64,000 nucleotides of DNA from Podarcis gaigeae (Eukaryota): assembly GCA_964106915.2 (NCBI GenBank), contig OZ066924.1, one strand, 5' to 3'. The notes under the pieces were generated by a model. It saw only the letters and a program-made list of their open reading frames with translations. It was not told where the DNA came from and did no database searches. The position numbers were made by a program, and so were the translations under genes. Below, one piece after another: positions 38,352-52,659 of the stretch. Position 1 is the stretch's first letter. Every line of letters begins with the position of its first letter.

Positions 38352-39868
38352 CTTAAGTGACACCACGAAAGAAAAATTATTTGGGCCAGTGACAAGTCAG
38401 AAAATAGCAATCATCTTCAGAACCACATATAGTGAATAGCATTTCTGGGGTGGGGGTGGGGGGAGAGGATGAAAGGTGTGTATAAGTATGAATATGAGAA
38501 TCTAATGATGAGCAGAATCTCAGCCTAACTTAGGTCCAAGGGACTCACCTTGCCTCCTACCCAGCAAGAGGAAGAATGACAGTGAAGGGTCCTTTGAAGC
38601 TTTGTCAGCCCCTTCATTACTTTCTTTCTGCCCCCAAAGAGAGCGACAATAATAAATGCAGCAGCAACTTCTGATTTCCCAGCATGTAGGGGTAGGTGCG
38701 TTTTCTGCTTCTATACTTTTACCAAATACCAGAAAAGCTAGGAAACCCACACAAGGATGCTTGAGCTGACTGTATTTTAAACAAAAGGAGAGTGTGGAAA
38801 ATGCAGAAATAGGGATTCATTGATTCATATTTTTAAATGTTGAGTTTTCTCAATTAAGCCCACCTTGCAATAAACATGGCCATTTACAGGATCTCTTCTG
38901 TAGCTCCTGTATCAAGTGTGTAAGCTTGAGGGCTCCTTGTGAGGTAATTATCACGCTGTGATGAACTAATCTAGCACACGCTACTACACCTGCTTCATTC
39001 TGCTAACAAATAGGCACCTGACTCCTAAAGACTGCCTGACCCGACTTACTGTATCTTCCCCATCAGCAGAAAGACTCATATCATCACTGGGCCAAAGGTG
39101 AATTGCCTAGAGACAAAGTTGGAATGAATTTTTTGCAGACCCATTTTGCTAGATATTCAAACCACTTCATTCCGAAGAGTGGAGACTTTTAACGATGTCA
39201 CATTTATATATGTTTAGAAGACTGAGGAAGGTGCTCTCTGCTGATCTGCTTGAGATGAATGCATCAAAATAGACAATCCAGAATAAAAGAATTTTGGGTG
39301 AGTGTCCCCCCCCCCCATCTCCTCTCAGATGTTTTCCTCAACAAGATTATTACTTCAAGAGGAAAAAAATTATGGAAGTTGACACTTGTGGTGACACCCT
39401 TTAGCTTTGCTAGCACTTCTGAAGTTGAATATACCAGCTGTATGCTGATGCTTACATACACACATGGTTATCTACAAATTCAAAAGTTCACCTTCATATC
39501 CAGGGATCAGCTAAAGGGGAAGCTCAAAAAAATACAGTCAAATACACAGATTGGGTTTCTCATTCCTGAAACAGCCAAGATGTTTCCAGTGGTTTCCAGT
39601 TTTCCCATTTGAAATGTTGCTTCATATTTATAGTTTTCTTAATCCCTACAGCAAAACAGGCTAATATTCATTCAAAACCCAATAACAATTAAAACCCCCA
39701 ATAACAATTAAAACCTGCAATGAGCAACTGCTCCAGCTTTGTTTATTGCAGACATAAATAATCATACTCCAATGAACATGTTAGCATCTATGATCTCTTC
39801 CCTGAATTAAGGTTGCCTGGAGACTGCTTGCTTTGGCTACTGTAAATATGACATGAATTATGTCCAGG

Positions 39869-40201
39869 NNNNNNNNNNNNNNNNNNNNNNNNNNNNNNNN
39901 NNNNNNNNNNNNNNNNNNNNNNNNNNNNNNNNNNNNNNNNNNNNNNNNNNNNNNNNNNNNNNNNNNNNNNNNNNNNNNNNNNNNNNNNNNNNNNNNNNNN
40001 NNNNNNNNNNNNNNNNNNNNNNNNNNNNNNNNNNNNNNNNNNNNNNNNNNNNNNNNNNNNNNNNNNNNNNNNNNNNNNNNNNNNNNNNNNNNNNNNNNNN
40101 NNNNNNNNNNNNNNNNNNNNNNNNNNNNNNNNNNNNNNNNNNNNNNNNNNNNNNNNNNNNNNNNNNNNNNNNNNNNNNNNNNNNNNNNNNNNNNNNNNNN
40201 N
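39869..40201. other. Assembly gap
   Basis: Run of N. Confidence 1.
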
Positions 40202-41585
40202 GCTGTGATTTTGCTTGATTTCTTTTAAGGAGTTTCTCTGGAACGGTTACTGAGCAGCTGATAGGAGCCTGCTTTAATATGTCAAACATATATATTGTGC
40301 AGCCTGTAAACATTTCAAATATTTTTAGCCACATGGCATAAAGTGAGTTATCTGTGAAATAGTTTCAGCTGAATTGAGCCACATATCTCTCCCCCTCCCT
40401 TCTTCTGCACACTCATCTTTCCATCCCTCCTTTTGTCTGTAACTCTACCTCTGCCATAGGTTCAGGGTATTAAATTTATCTGTTAAAATGGGAAAAACAT
40501 AAAAACCAGTGTTTCAACAGATAAGATAAATCATGCAAGCTGTGTAAAAATTTACAGTAAGAGCAAACCCATAATCGTACATTCTGAAAATTTTATAAAC
40601 TGACAATTCAAGTTATGTGTTTTATGCTAATACACAGAATAGCAGGATCTAATAAACTCTGATATACTCATAAATAGTGAAAAACCGGAATAGTTGGAAA
40701 CACACACACACACAGATGCGCTGGGCCTATGCAAAAGGAAATAGATTCCAAGACTTTCTTAGCAAATTTAAATCAATACAACAGCATTCCATTTTCAGTA
40801 TTTAAATTAAATTTTTTGCTGCAAGGCATGGTCAGGAACAAAGCAAAGTACCTTAAAAGAAAGTGTTTCCCTAGTAATTTCACCTCATTTCACACCTATT
40901 TGGCAGCTTCTCTTAGCCAATTGGTTTCATTGAATATGCTGACAACAGTGCACCTACCAGAGCTGTCCCCCTACATAAGGTGTATTTCGCCTAGATTTAT
41001 TCTGTTAACTATTAAACACAGAAAATAACTGCCCCTCCACATTCCCAATCTATATCTGCACTCTCCTTTTTGCCACTGCGTGTTCAACTTAGAAAAAACC
41101 CTTTTCTGAACAATAAACAGCATAAATTATTCAGCCAATTTCAGTCCAGTGGCATAAATCATATTCCAGCCAACATGCTACTTATGACAAATGCTTTGTC
41201 TAAGAGAAACATACCACTGAAGGTTTAATCAGAAGCCCTAAACATTTCAGTTTCATTCTTGGCAAGGAGCAGTAAGTATTTTTGTGCTACATCTTCCAAG
41301 AGTTTGGTGAAAATGTTCATCTTTCCCATGAGAATATTGAGGCCATTTTTATTCACTCTTGGATAGATGACATTAATAAAAGAATGTTCTAAAGAAAAAT
41401 TCAAACTGGCCAATCTTTTCAGTTCCTGAAATCTAGTTTTCAGATCTCCTCAGGATATTGGATATGGTACACTCAGAATTTCAATCTGAAAAAATAAGCT
41501 GGCCATTCCCCTACTGTAGTTTCCTTGGTGGTATAACGTATTCCAGATATTTTTACTGATCACGTCCAAGCAGTTTTGTAACAAC

Positions 41586-41588
<3 letters not shown>

Positions 41589-41649
<61 letters not shown>
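41589..41649. repeat. Compound (CT)n(GT)n microsatellite
   Basis: Read directly from the sequence. Confidence 0.95.
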
Positions 41650-42063
41650 CTGTGTCCATTAAAATCAAGAAAACATAATAGAATCAAAAGCATATTTCCT
41701 TAGATAATGAGGGTATTTTGCCTGTTTAGCTGCTGCTGTTTCTCTTCCTCACAGGGTATCTTGTTCTGATGGTCCCTGCAAAGGTGGGGAAGGGTGCAGC
41801 TCAATTTGTTAGGCTACATCAGATGCAGATGGTGATGATGGTGGTGGTGGTCAAGGAGACACTTAGCAACACACACAATATCAGAAACTAATAACAACCC
41901 TAGATGAAGGCGCACAACTCTCTTTGTCAGGATGCCCTGAAACACCACCATGGAAAGAGCACCGTGTCCTGATCTGTCACCATTTACTGCACTCGCCTGG
42001 AAGCATTAAATGTCTGGAATGGCAATCATGCTGTTTGCATCACTACAAAACCAAAAGTAACTA

Positions 42064-42178
42064 CAGTGGTACCTCGGGTTACATACACTTCAGGTTACAT
42101 ATGCTTCAGGTTACAGACTCTGCTAACCCATAAATATTACCTCAGGTTAAGTACTTTGCTTCAGGATGAGAACAGAAA
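42064..42178. mobile_element. Tc1/mariner MITE running into an assembly gap
   Basis: TA followed by the cagtggtacctcgggttaca TIR; same family as 13862-14087. Confidence 0.85.
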
Positions 42179-43116
42179 NNNNNNNNNNNNNNNNNNNNNN
42201 NNNNNNNNNNNNNNNNNNNNNNNNNNNNNNNNNNNNNNNNNNNNNNNNNNNNNNNNNNNNNNNNNNNNNNNNNNNNNNNNNNNNNNNNNNNNNNNNNNNN
42301 NNNNNNNNNNNNNNNNNNNNNNNNNNNNNNNNNNNNNNNNNNNNNNNNNNNNNNNNNNNNNNNNNNNNNNNNNNNNNNNNNNNNNNNNNNNNNNNNNNNN
42401 NNNNNNNNNNNNNNNNNNNNNNNNNNNNNNNNNNNNNNNNNNNNNNNNNNNNNNNNNNNNNNNNNNNNNNNNNNNNNNNNNNNNNNNNNNNNNNNNNNNN
42501 NNNNNNNNNNNNNNNNNNNNNNNNNNNNNNNNNNNNNNNNNNNNNNNNNNNNNNNNNNNNNNNNNNNNNNNNNNNNNNNNNNNNNNNNNNNNNNNNNNNN
42601 NNNNNNNNNNNNNNNNNNNNNNNNNNNNNNNNNNNNNNNNNNNNNNNNNNNNNNNNNNNNNNNNNNNNNNNNNNNNNNNNNNNNNNNNNNNNNNNNNNNN
42701 NNNNNNNNNNNNNNNNNNNNNNNNNNNNNNNNNNNNNNNNNNNNNNNNNNNNNNNNNNNNNNNNNNNNNNNNNNNNNNNNNNNNNNNNNNNNNNNNNNNN
42801 NNNNNNNNNNNNNNNNNNNNNNNNNNNNNNNNNNNNNNNNNNNNNNNNNNNNNNNNNNNNNNNNNNNNNNNNNNNNNNNNNNNNNNNNNNNNNNNNNNNN
42901 NNNNNNNNNNNNNNNNNNNNNNNNNNNNNNNNNNNNNNNNNNNNNNNNNNNNNNNNNNNNNNNNNNNNNNNNNNNNNNNNNNNNNNNNNNNNNNNNNNNN
43001 NNNNNNNNNNNNNNNNNNNNNNNNNNNNNNNNNNNNNNNNNNNNNNNNNNNNNNNNNNNNNNNNNNNNNNNNNNNNNNNNNNNNNNNNNNNNNNNNNNNN
43101 NNNNNNNNNNNNNNNN
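42179..43116. other. Assembly gap
   Basis: Run of N. Confidence 1.
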
Positions 43117-46100
43117 CTTTGAAACAAAACCTCAAAATGTGGAATGCTTTCATAACTTTATATATTAATTATTTAATGAAATACCAAAATATTTCAGAGA
43201 GTGGACTATTTGTAAGATATTCAAAGAAATATTGAAATTCTTTTGAAATAAATGTGAGCTGAGCCTAGTTTACTTTGAGTATTAGGCTAGGAATCAGTAT
43301 GGCTAAGGTATTATTATTATTTTTACATGTGTACATGACCTGGGAAGTATGCAAGATATGCAGCAATATATAAATGCCTTAAAATAAGTTAATCCTTAAT
43401 TTGAAGCTGCTGCTTTTGCATATGTATGTGCTTTAAAAAATAATAGCTTAGAATGCAACTAGAGAAAGAAGAATGCAAGCCATCATTCAGTCTGTGAACT
43501 TATGAGAAGCCAAAACCTAAGACAAATATACTGTGGAAACCAATGTTAGCTTTGCAGAAAAAGAGAAGGCAACTTTCTGAAATGGAAGATTGAACTGTTG
43601 CTAAAGCTACAATTGAAATCCATCTTCCTTTTATTGAGGTGAAATGCTGTGTCTTTTAAAATTTCAGCCTAGCACAAACACCAGAAATATTTAATCACTT
43701 GCCAAAGTGTCAAAGAGACAGAAGATCTGATCCATCAATGGCAAGTTCTCAGGAAAAGAAAAACATACCCTTCCAGGGCTTCACAACAGATTACAGAAAT
43801 AAGAAATATATGTATTCTGGTTAAATTATGGATTTGTATATGTCATAGAATTCAAGAAGGATGCTATAGTGAATGTAGACGAATCTGAGAATTTCAGACA
43901 CAAATCCCCCCTTCCAAATAATTTGCACAAGCTAAGTGACTGACAGCTTATAAATAGTCAGAATTTTGATGGGCATGATAATTTATACTTTTTTGGGGGG
44001 GAGGGAAGAAGACTCTATAATTTGTGAAAGTAAGTCAACAGACTTAACCAAAAGCAACTTATGTTGTGGTAACAATTGTGGTAATTTACACCTGGCAACT
44101 ATTTTAGTTCCTTGGGCAGAAATCCAAAGAGTCTCTCTCCCACTAATTAATAGCAATTAGAGTATAGGAAGGATGCTTTTGCACAGTTCCTATTCATTTC
44201 AGTCAAGCTGGTGCTGCAGCATTTCCTAATAGGCAGTGTCCCATGGGCCAAATTTGCCCATATCTCTCTTTAGTGCCTTCAAAGGCACCCAGAATGCACT
44301 GCCTGAAGTGAGCTTTCACGGCACAGCCACTTCTCTATAAGACCATTTGAAGCTCCAGGAAAGCCACTGTTCCTTATTTTGATGTGCAACCAAGGTGAGT
44401 CAACATTAAAGTTGTCCTACTTACAACAATAAGCACTTTCATTTCTCAATTATTAATGACAGTATTGCTTAGCATTTATATATCACTGTAGAATGTCGCA
44501 AGGTTTATTACACATCATCTCAGCAAATTTACCACACTTTAGTGAGGGTGGGGTGCATAGTATAATTAAGTCCATTTTTAATGGCGGCCGGGGGGGGGCA
44601 GATTTGAAGTAGTTGAATGCATGGTGGCTTGCATATGGAAAAAGGGTGAGTTGTGACTGGGCAACATCTGAACTTCCAACTCACAGCTCATACCCACAGG
44701 TGGGGAACATTTTTTTTTCTGGGCAGCTTTCTGAGGATCACAAGCCAGTGGTGGGTGGGCCAAAGGGGAAAGTGAGTCCCGCAACTAATGTAAATTTTAC
44801 CTTTGTACACACACACAGCCCTCTCTAACCTCCATATTGAAAAGCAAGAGGCCTTAAGAGTTGAAGGAGACATTTCTGCCAGGCAAAAACACTCACCATG
44901 TGAAGCAGGGCCAGTGAGGGTGGATGTGTTTGGCTGGGGAGAATTCTGAGGGCCATACAGAGAGGTCTTGAGGGGCATATTTGGCCCCTGGGCTTGAGGT
45001 TACATACCCTTACACTACACTATGCCAGCTCTGATTGAACTGTGAGCCCTTTTTTGTATTCTTTGAGAGTCAAGGAAGACACACCAAAACTTGTTAGTTA
45101 AGTAATTTCATATGAATGTCAGGCAAGTAGCAGGTTTCTTTTCCTATTAAAAGTGTATAGGGAGTCTCATACACAAATAAAAATACTGCATTTGTGATTC
45201 CACGTTCAAGCTGCATATAAAAGAAGAAGCTATCTTTGTGTTTATCAGCTGTGGAGAACTAAGACTAGCAAGCTGGATTTTGTCTCCCTGAATCTCCTCA
45301 TTCTGCCAAACACGATTGTGGTTTATTTGACAGAACAATGCACACACAGCCCTGCTATGATGGCTATGTGTACTTACTCACAGTTGCAGCCTTTAATTGT
45401 AACAATAGTTAAACTTATAGTTAGTAATGAGGATTTCAGTATGTTAGAGGGTTTTCCTAATAAAAACCTGGAGTTTGTTAAACTGTACTTACTTCAGTAA
45501 AAGTGGTTTGGCATGTACTCTGCACTGTAATACTCATGCACTTTGAGGATGATATGCTCTTTCCTGATGAAACTTGGAAGTTTTTCCTTTGAAAAATGAT
45601 GTGTCTTATAGATTGTATGGACTAAGCAATTTTAGCTATGGCAGAGCAATAAAAAACATTCGTGCCATGGATTCATTCAAGGTGCAAGGACAGGTATTAA
45701 CCTTGGTAGGTCTATTAGAGCATTTATTTTTGAAGCAAGAGAGAGAGGGGGGGAATGAAAGACATCAGTATTTAAATTTCTCTATCTTTCATCTGTGGAA
45801 GAAAAAAAATCTAAATCTCGGAGTGGATAAACTGCTTGCAGGGTTAGTCATCAGTTGCTATTTTAAACAACAATATTTGAATTGTGAAATAAATATTGGC
45901 TTTATTCAGTCTACCAAAACCAATATTAATTAGGGAAGTCTTATTTCACTTGCAAAAGATGCCCAGGCTTGATTTTTTTTTGGAGGGGGGGAAGGGGTGT
46001 TGTCTAGGCAATGGGAATGTCCTCCCTTTATGTGCCCTTCATAGTTAGACCTAGGGTGTGCATGGCTCACCTAAAGGATGTACTCAGTGAATGTCAACTC

Positions 46101-46809
46101 ACTGTAATATAGGGAAGGACTTACCTTAGACTACCACATGGTACCAATGAATAAGGGAATGTTTATACAAGCATGTCACTATGGTGAAACTTTACTTCTA
46201 CAATTCTTCCCTGATTACTTTTCAGAAACCCCCAGGTGGTAAAACCAAGGGCACAATGAAAATAAATGCAATGTTATTATTTTAAGAGGAATTTTCGAGG
46301 GTTGTATTTCTCTGGTATCATTTTCCTGTACAAATTGCCCATATAATGTACCCATTCTAAGGCTGAGATCCTACATATACTTACTAGTGAGAAAAGGCCA
46401 TTGAATGCAGTGAAATTGAGGACCATGCTGCGAGCATTTACAGCATGTTGTTGGGCTCAAACAATTTGAGCTTGGCAGATCAAAACTAATCCTTTAAACT
46501 GTAGTGGAAGGATATGGAAGGCAGCCCAAACTCTCCTGATTAAATGTAACATGTTTCCTTCAGCCTTTCACTATCGGAGGATGAGCCACAGAATCCTATG
46601 GTGGATTTCTTTTGAAGCATAGTGCACTGTAGTTAAACCTATCTATGGGTAGAAATGGACCCGTCAGTTTCAGTTCTCACAGTTTTTAATTTTTCCAATC
46701 TTAAAATCAGGTCTATTTCTGCAGCAAGTTGTGATTTTAAAAGAAAGTCCTCATAAGAATTAATCTGCAGTTATGTGCAAATTTCTTCTTTAAGCAATTT
46801 TAACTAATA

Positions 46810-47060
46810 CAGTGCTACCTCGGGTTACAGACGCTTCAGGTTACAAGACACTTAAGGTTATAGACTCCACTAACCCAGAAATAGTAGGTTAAGAGGTTTG
46901 CTTAAGAGCTTTGCTTCAGGATGAGAACAGAAATTGCGCAGTGGCAGCATGGCGGCAGCGGGAGGCCCCATTAGCTAAAGTGGTACTTCAGGTTAAGAAC
47001 AATTTCAGGTTAAGAACGGACCGCCAGAACGAATTAAGTTCTTAACCCGAGGTACCACTG
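46810..47060. mobile_element. Tc1/mariner (pogo/Tigger-like) MITE
   Basis: TIRs cagtgctacctcgggtta / taacccgaggtaccactg with a TA TSD. Inverted relative to the 13862 copy. Confidence 0.9.
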
Positions 47061-47110
47061 TATATACATATTTTTTTTTGGCATAGAAATTAGTGCATAT
47101 TTGTATGCTA

Positions 47111-47435
47111 AAAAGGTAAAGGACCCCTGTCAGTTAAGTCCAGTTGCGACTCTGGGGTTGCGGAGCTCATCTCACTTTACTGGCCGAGGGAGTCGACATT
47201 TGTCCGCAGACAGTTTTTCTGGGTCATGTGGCCAGCATGACTAAGCCGCTTCTGGCAAAACCAGAGCAGCGCATGGAAATACCGTTTACCTTCTCGCTGC
47301 TTTTGAACTGCTAGGTTGGTATGAGCTGGGACTGAACAACAGGAGCTCACCCCATCGTGGGGATTCGAACCACCAACCTTCCAATTGGCAAGCCCAAGGC
47401 TCAGTGGTTTACACCACAGCGCCACCCGAGCCCCT
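47111..47435 (-). mobile_element. Sauria/Squam1-type SINE with an internal deletion
   Basis: Head, core and tail are present, but the ggtacctatttatctacttgcac segment is missing. 13-bp TSD tatttgtatgcta (47098-47110 and 47436-47448). Confidence 0.92.
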
Positions 47436-49162
47436 TATTTGTATGCTACTTTCACTAATATATGCATTTTTGTACACATGCCAAGCAAAATTCAGGAAAG
47501 TGCAAATTTCAGAGGACAGCTAAGCTTCAGTTTGCATATTGTTTCAATTACAGCTACGTTTTGAGGAATTCAACACAGTGATAAGTGGGCTATACATGTG
47601 GGGAGTGAGGTCCAACAGTACAACAATAGTTTCTACCCTCTCCTCCCCCAGCACAACACCTAAACCTTTTCTGGGGCTTCCACCCCCCCCAGCCTCCAAA
47701 ACAGGTTTAGGGGTGGGGAGAAAATTCACTCCACAAGTGTATCTTGTTCTGTACACACATCAACTTAGTTGAACCTCACCTATACACAGAGACCTAATTA
47801 CAGCCCTAGCAAATCACATTAAACTTTGCCTGTTGATGTTGATTCAAGGAGCATCTTCAGAAACAGAGCATTTTGGAGACAGCTGGAAATCCTTTCAATT
47901 TTCCAGTTTGTATATTTCAAATACATATCTTCTCACTTTCCTTCTTGCAATGCGAGGTTGCTAACAGCAGTGCAGAGAAGAAAGGGGTCTGCACTGCATC
48001 CATCCATGGCATGAAGGACTCAAGAGGGAAGGATGATAACATGCAATTATAATTTCAAGAGTAATTGCCAACATTTTCAACTGTCTTTATCAGGTATGTC
48101 TATTATGCAGTTGGCCAGGGACACAAGTGCCTCTCCTTCCAATATACCATGTGTAAATGAGGTATGTCTCCAAAAGTGTTGGGAACTACTTATTTTGTTA
48201 TCAACCTGGCCTTTTGCATCTTCCTGGCTAACCCCAATGGGTGTAATATTTGGAATCAAAAGATGTTCTCAGACAATGGTGGGGAGGTTTCTGAGATATT
48301 CAGGGCCTTTGCCATGATGGACTTTAGAAGCTTAATGAAATGCCTCTGGAAGATAACCGGCAGTCAGCGCCTCATGTCAGCACCTCACCTAAACTGAGCA
48401 GCCCACTAGTTTATAAACTACTCCAGAGGGTTCTGTACCCTCGATAAACATAAAGCCTATTGCAAAAGGCAGGATTGGGGCAATTAAATTTTAGTCTGTC
48501 ATTGGCAATCCCCTAAAACAATCACCTTTTACTTTCACTGACAACATGATCTTAAACAGATTTACCTGGGAGTAAGTGTAATGGATTGTGGTAGAACATA
48601 CTTCCAAACAGGAGTTTCTCAGGACTGCACTCTAAAAATGCATATTTTCCCCATTTCGGAAATCCCATAAAATCTGACTATATTAATGAAAGATTAGAAA
48701 GAAACATCTCCTTTTTAAAGATAATTTAATTTTTATTCTCCTGCTTCTTGCTTCTGAAAATCCCATGTTGAACATTTGTGTGTGCATATGAGCAGGAGCA
48801 TTCATGAAAGAGATGTAATGGGGCAGTTTACAGCTATACCTAAGGACGTCTGAGGCTGCATTGAATTATTGGTTTATGAAGGAGATAATATTATCAGGTC
48901 ACCATAATGCTAAGCGGTATTACGTTTTTAGCTGATAATTTCTGGGGAAAGTGCTTACGTTTGAAATGAAAAGTAAAAGAACAAAATATATCTGGCCACA
49001 CTGCTGACTGAAAAAAATATTTATATTTATATTAAACCCCCTCAGCTAGATTTTCAGACACATCACTGCTTAAAAAGCAGTCACCTGACAAAAACAGTTC
49101 TAATTATTACCCCCTTGGGCTAACATTTTTCAGAGTGACTGGCTAAAATGCACTCCAGCTCA

Positions 49163-49310
49163 NNNNNNNNNNNNNNNNNNNNNNNNNNNNNNNNNNNNNN
49201 NNNNNNNNNNNNNNNNNNNNNNNNNNNNNNNNNNNNNNNNNNNNNNNNNNNNNNNNNNNNNNNNNNNNNNNNNNNNNNNNNNNNNNNNNNNNNNNNNNNN
49301 NNNNNNNNNN
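49163..49310. other. Assembly gap
   Basis: Run of N. Confidence 1.
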
Positions 49311-50391
49311 TGTACCATTCTCATATATTTTCCTCAGGTTTAAATGTCTTGTTTTATTTTATACTAAATTACATCCTAGCTAAAACCTGGATATATATTT
49401 CAGATATTTTACACTGTAATAATAAAGGCTTTCTTAGTTTAATGTCACTTATAAATGCACGTTTTTGCAATTTACCTATAAAAACAGTTCGCAGGACTGA
49501 GCTGTATGGATTTTGTTGTTGTTGTTTACTGAAATTGAACATATGCATAATAAACCTGATTTGTAAATTCCATTTAATGTCACGGTGACATTGATGAGTA
49601 AAGCATTGGCAAATTTTGACCCCGTTTGAAGAGCACACATAAAATTATTGTTATTAACATGATTCAATCATAGCAATTCAAAATTTTATCTGTGCCTGAT
49701 ATCAAGGTAGTGGCAGCTGGTAAACCCTGGGGAAAGTAGGATATAGAAAAATAAAATAAAACTTGGATGACTTTAAGAGTTCCAGCAGGAAACAGAAAAA
49801 GATCTGCTTATTGGACCCTGCTTGGCTCCAGCAGAAATCAATAGAGGCTCTTTCTGCACCTTGGTGAATATGACAAATGGCAAACCACTTGAATTCTGTC
49901 TCATTTCACACACAGAAATCATTATATCCCAAGACTTCCTTCAAACGCTGCCATTTGTCTTATTATAAGCAATTGTCAATGGTGTGCAGGCTTTTGCCAG
50001 TCATAATGAAGAGTATAAGAACTTTCCCTGACCTGAGAAGCAGGTATGCACAATATCTTATATGAAGGCATGGTTGGTTGGTTGGGAGGGAGGTTACATA
50101 TGATCAGCCTCCCTGGCTGCTAAACAGAGTTTGAAAAAAGGCACCTACAACTATATCTGTGCAGCTGGGATTACTGAGCACCAGAAGTCCAGTGGTAGCT
50201 ACTGCAATGCTCTCCAATGTGTTGGACTACAATTCCCATCATCCCAGAAAAAAGTCATACTGGCTAGGGAAGTGGGAGCGATAGTCCAACAACTTCTGAA
50301 TGGCACCACTTTGCTGACCCATGCTATACACACATACCACTGTCTATGTGTGCGTGAATGTCTTTTTAGACCTTCTTATGAGCCCAAAGTG

Positions 50392-50415
50392 TTCAGGGGT
50401 CCCTTTACCTTTACC
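50392..50415 (+). mobile_element. 24-nt Sauria SINE 3' stub
   Basis: ttcaggggtccctttacctttacc lies between perfect 17-bp repeats cttatgagcccaaagtg (50375-50391 and 50416-50432). Confidence 0.85.
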
Positions 50416-50599
50416 CTTATGAGCCCAAAGTGGTCATTTGTTGCACACAATTCTGTTTAAATCCTCCATGTGCTAGCGTAATGTCTGAAAGCAGCTTATT
50501 TTCATTCCTCTAGGAAACTTCAGAGAGTTGCATAATATCCTGTCTACATATGAAAAACACTTTTATATCACTAGAAAAATATTGATGCATAATCATAAG

Positions 50600-50735
50600 C
50601 AGTGCTTTTTTTCTGGGGGTACTCAAGCATACACAATATCTTTCCCCCCCAGAAGAAAAGCACTGGTTAAAAGTGTGGCACTGACTGTAACAACTTCATG
50701 GTGAGTACCAGCGCCTTTTCTCTGGAAGAGAATTA
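50600..50735. mobile_element. Short derivative of the cagtgcttttt hAT MITE family
   Basis: cagtgcttttttttctggggg...ccccccagaagaaaagcactg shares its termini with 5400-5972. Confidence 0.6.
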
Positions 50736-52659
50736 TGAACATGTGACGTGTTCCTGGGCAGCCATAGGTGGGTCAAGAGGAGAAATTTGAGAATGGAGAA
50801 GCTGAATGGGGTGGTGGTGGAGCAAAAGGATATAAGTTAGGTATAGGAAAACTAGAATGTTCATAGCTATGACAACACAAGGGAAGGTTTCATACTTTCA
50901 CTGGGTTTCTTTGGGTTACCTTCTCTGATGTCACAGCAAGTCTGTTCAACGTAGCATTGGCAACTGAGTGATAAGGATTTGAAGGAACTGAGAATAGATA
51001 AGTTTTGCCAAATTAAACCATATGCCTACAGACCATGGGGCTTTTGAACAACACTTTGTTGCTCAGAGTAGTTGATCAGTTTTGGAGTCTTTCAGCAAAA
51101 GCAGACACATGACACTTGCTGGTTATGAATGTGATACTACCCTGGTCATAAGATGGACAGGTATTAAAAGGCATTTTTGTTATCAAACACAGAGAAAGCT
51201 TGCAAATTTTGAATGCTGCATTCTGCATGTATAGCCTTTACTTTGTCTCAGCCAGCCAGTCAATTTATTTGTTTCAACGACGGGCCATCACAAAAGCATC
51301 AGTACAAACCAAACATAAGCAGAGGTGGGGGTGGGGGTGAGGAAGACTAAATGCACAAACAAATACATAAACCCAGGGGGGAAAGGATTTATAATAAGAG
51401 TGTCTCCACTACAGGATATCACAATGGTTTGCAGAAGCTGACCCCTAATTTTTCTAGCTGGCATGCAAATAGCATTACACTATAGGTAACAAATGTGTTC
51501 ACGTCAGCTAGCAGGTAGCAATTCATTTAAAGGTCTGCCAACCTCAATAGACTAGTACAAAACCTAGACAGGAAATGATCTCTGAGGGCATTATGCTATA
51601 AGCAGTGCAACACATAATGGGTAATAGCCGCAATTACATTTTGGTGGTATATATGAAAAGGTAAATATGCTGGCAGTCCAGTATAACTGCCATCCCAGAC
51701 AGCTAAAGGCATCATCTAGACCGGCAGTCTTGTACATGCTTTTCTTAAAAGCACGATATGTAAGCTCTTGAAAATATCTTTGCTGAGAATGACCCACCTT
51801 GAAAGAGTGGTATCACTGTGAACAGCAAGCATTCGGAGTGATTCCCATATGTGATAGGGAGTTCTTATCAAATCATATATTTAATTACTTTTTGACAGGC
51901 TCTAACTCTATTTCATCCATCATTTTCAGAAAGCAGCATTTCACATTGCCTTGCCCAGCTACTTTAAACTGGTTGTTTCATGAGGTATCTCTTAAAGAAC
52001 TGATGTCCTGGTGACTTGAGCCTACATGAGAATACCATGAAATGTACCCTGGCCTTCACTGAAAGAGCTCCAACCTCTGGATGCATTGTAGCACCAGAAG
52101 GGTCTTGACGTAGACAAAGAAGATACGGTAACTTAAAAATTGAGACTGGGTTATCTCTGAGCCTTAGAATTCCTATTCATTAGAATAGCGTCTATAGAAT
52201 TCCTAGCATCCAGACCTCCAGAATTATGTCCTATATATCAACTGAGCAACAGTTTTGTCAACTAAAGCTTTAATCGTAGGAACTATCAGATTTACTTCTC
52301 TGGTTGCTGGGGGTGGGGGGAAAGCAAGATTTTTGCACTGCTCAGGAGGTTAGCAATTTTGTGGCAGATTTATGTCCTTGCAAGGATAAGCATTCAGTAA
52401 ATAGAACTCTTAGATATTTATTGACCCACTCCATATAGAAGCCATTCATGTACTACTCTTCCCAACAGTTCCACCTTGGTTTTCCTGTAGTGGATTGCTA
52501 ACTGTTCCTCTTGCCAGAAAACATTTCCTTAACAAACATCGTTGCCTGATTTGGGTTAAAGGCCACATCATTTGCAAAGAACAAGAACAGACAGTCAGTT
52601 TATAATTAGAATAATAGAATTGCAGAGTTGAAAGGAATGTATGGGGTGTTAGGGTAGGG

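Larger units (their letters stand above)
46643..47570. mobile_element. Old AT-rich squamate repeat hosting two younger insertions
   Basis: The flanks (atttctgcagcaa..., tttcactaatatatgcattttt) resemble the reverse complement of 18975-19190. Boundaries are approximate. Confidence 0.5.

Noticed and set aside
42066-43235. Long ORFs of 318-389 aa, and similar ones at 31145-31438, 39853-40334 and 49148-49588
   Set aside because: They are artefacts of N runs translated as X.
48033-48397. Possible endogenous viral or pseudogene fragment
   Set aside because: The ORFs are short and have no recognisable motif.
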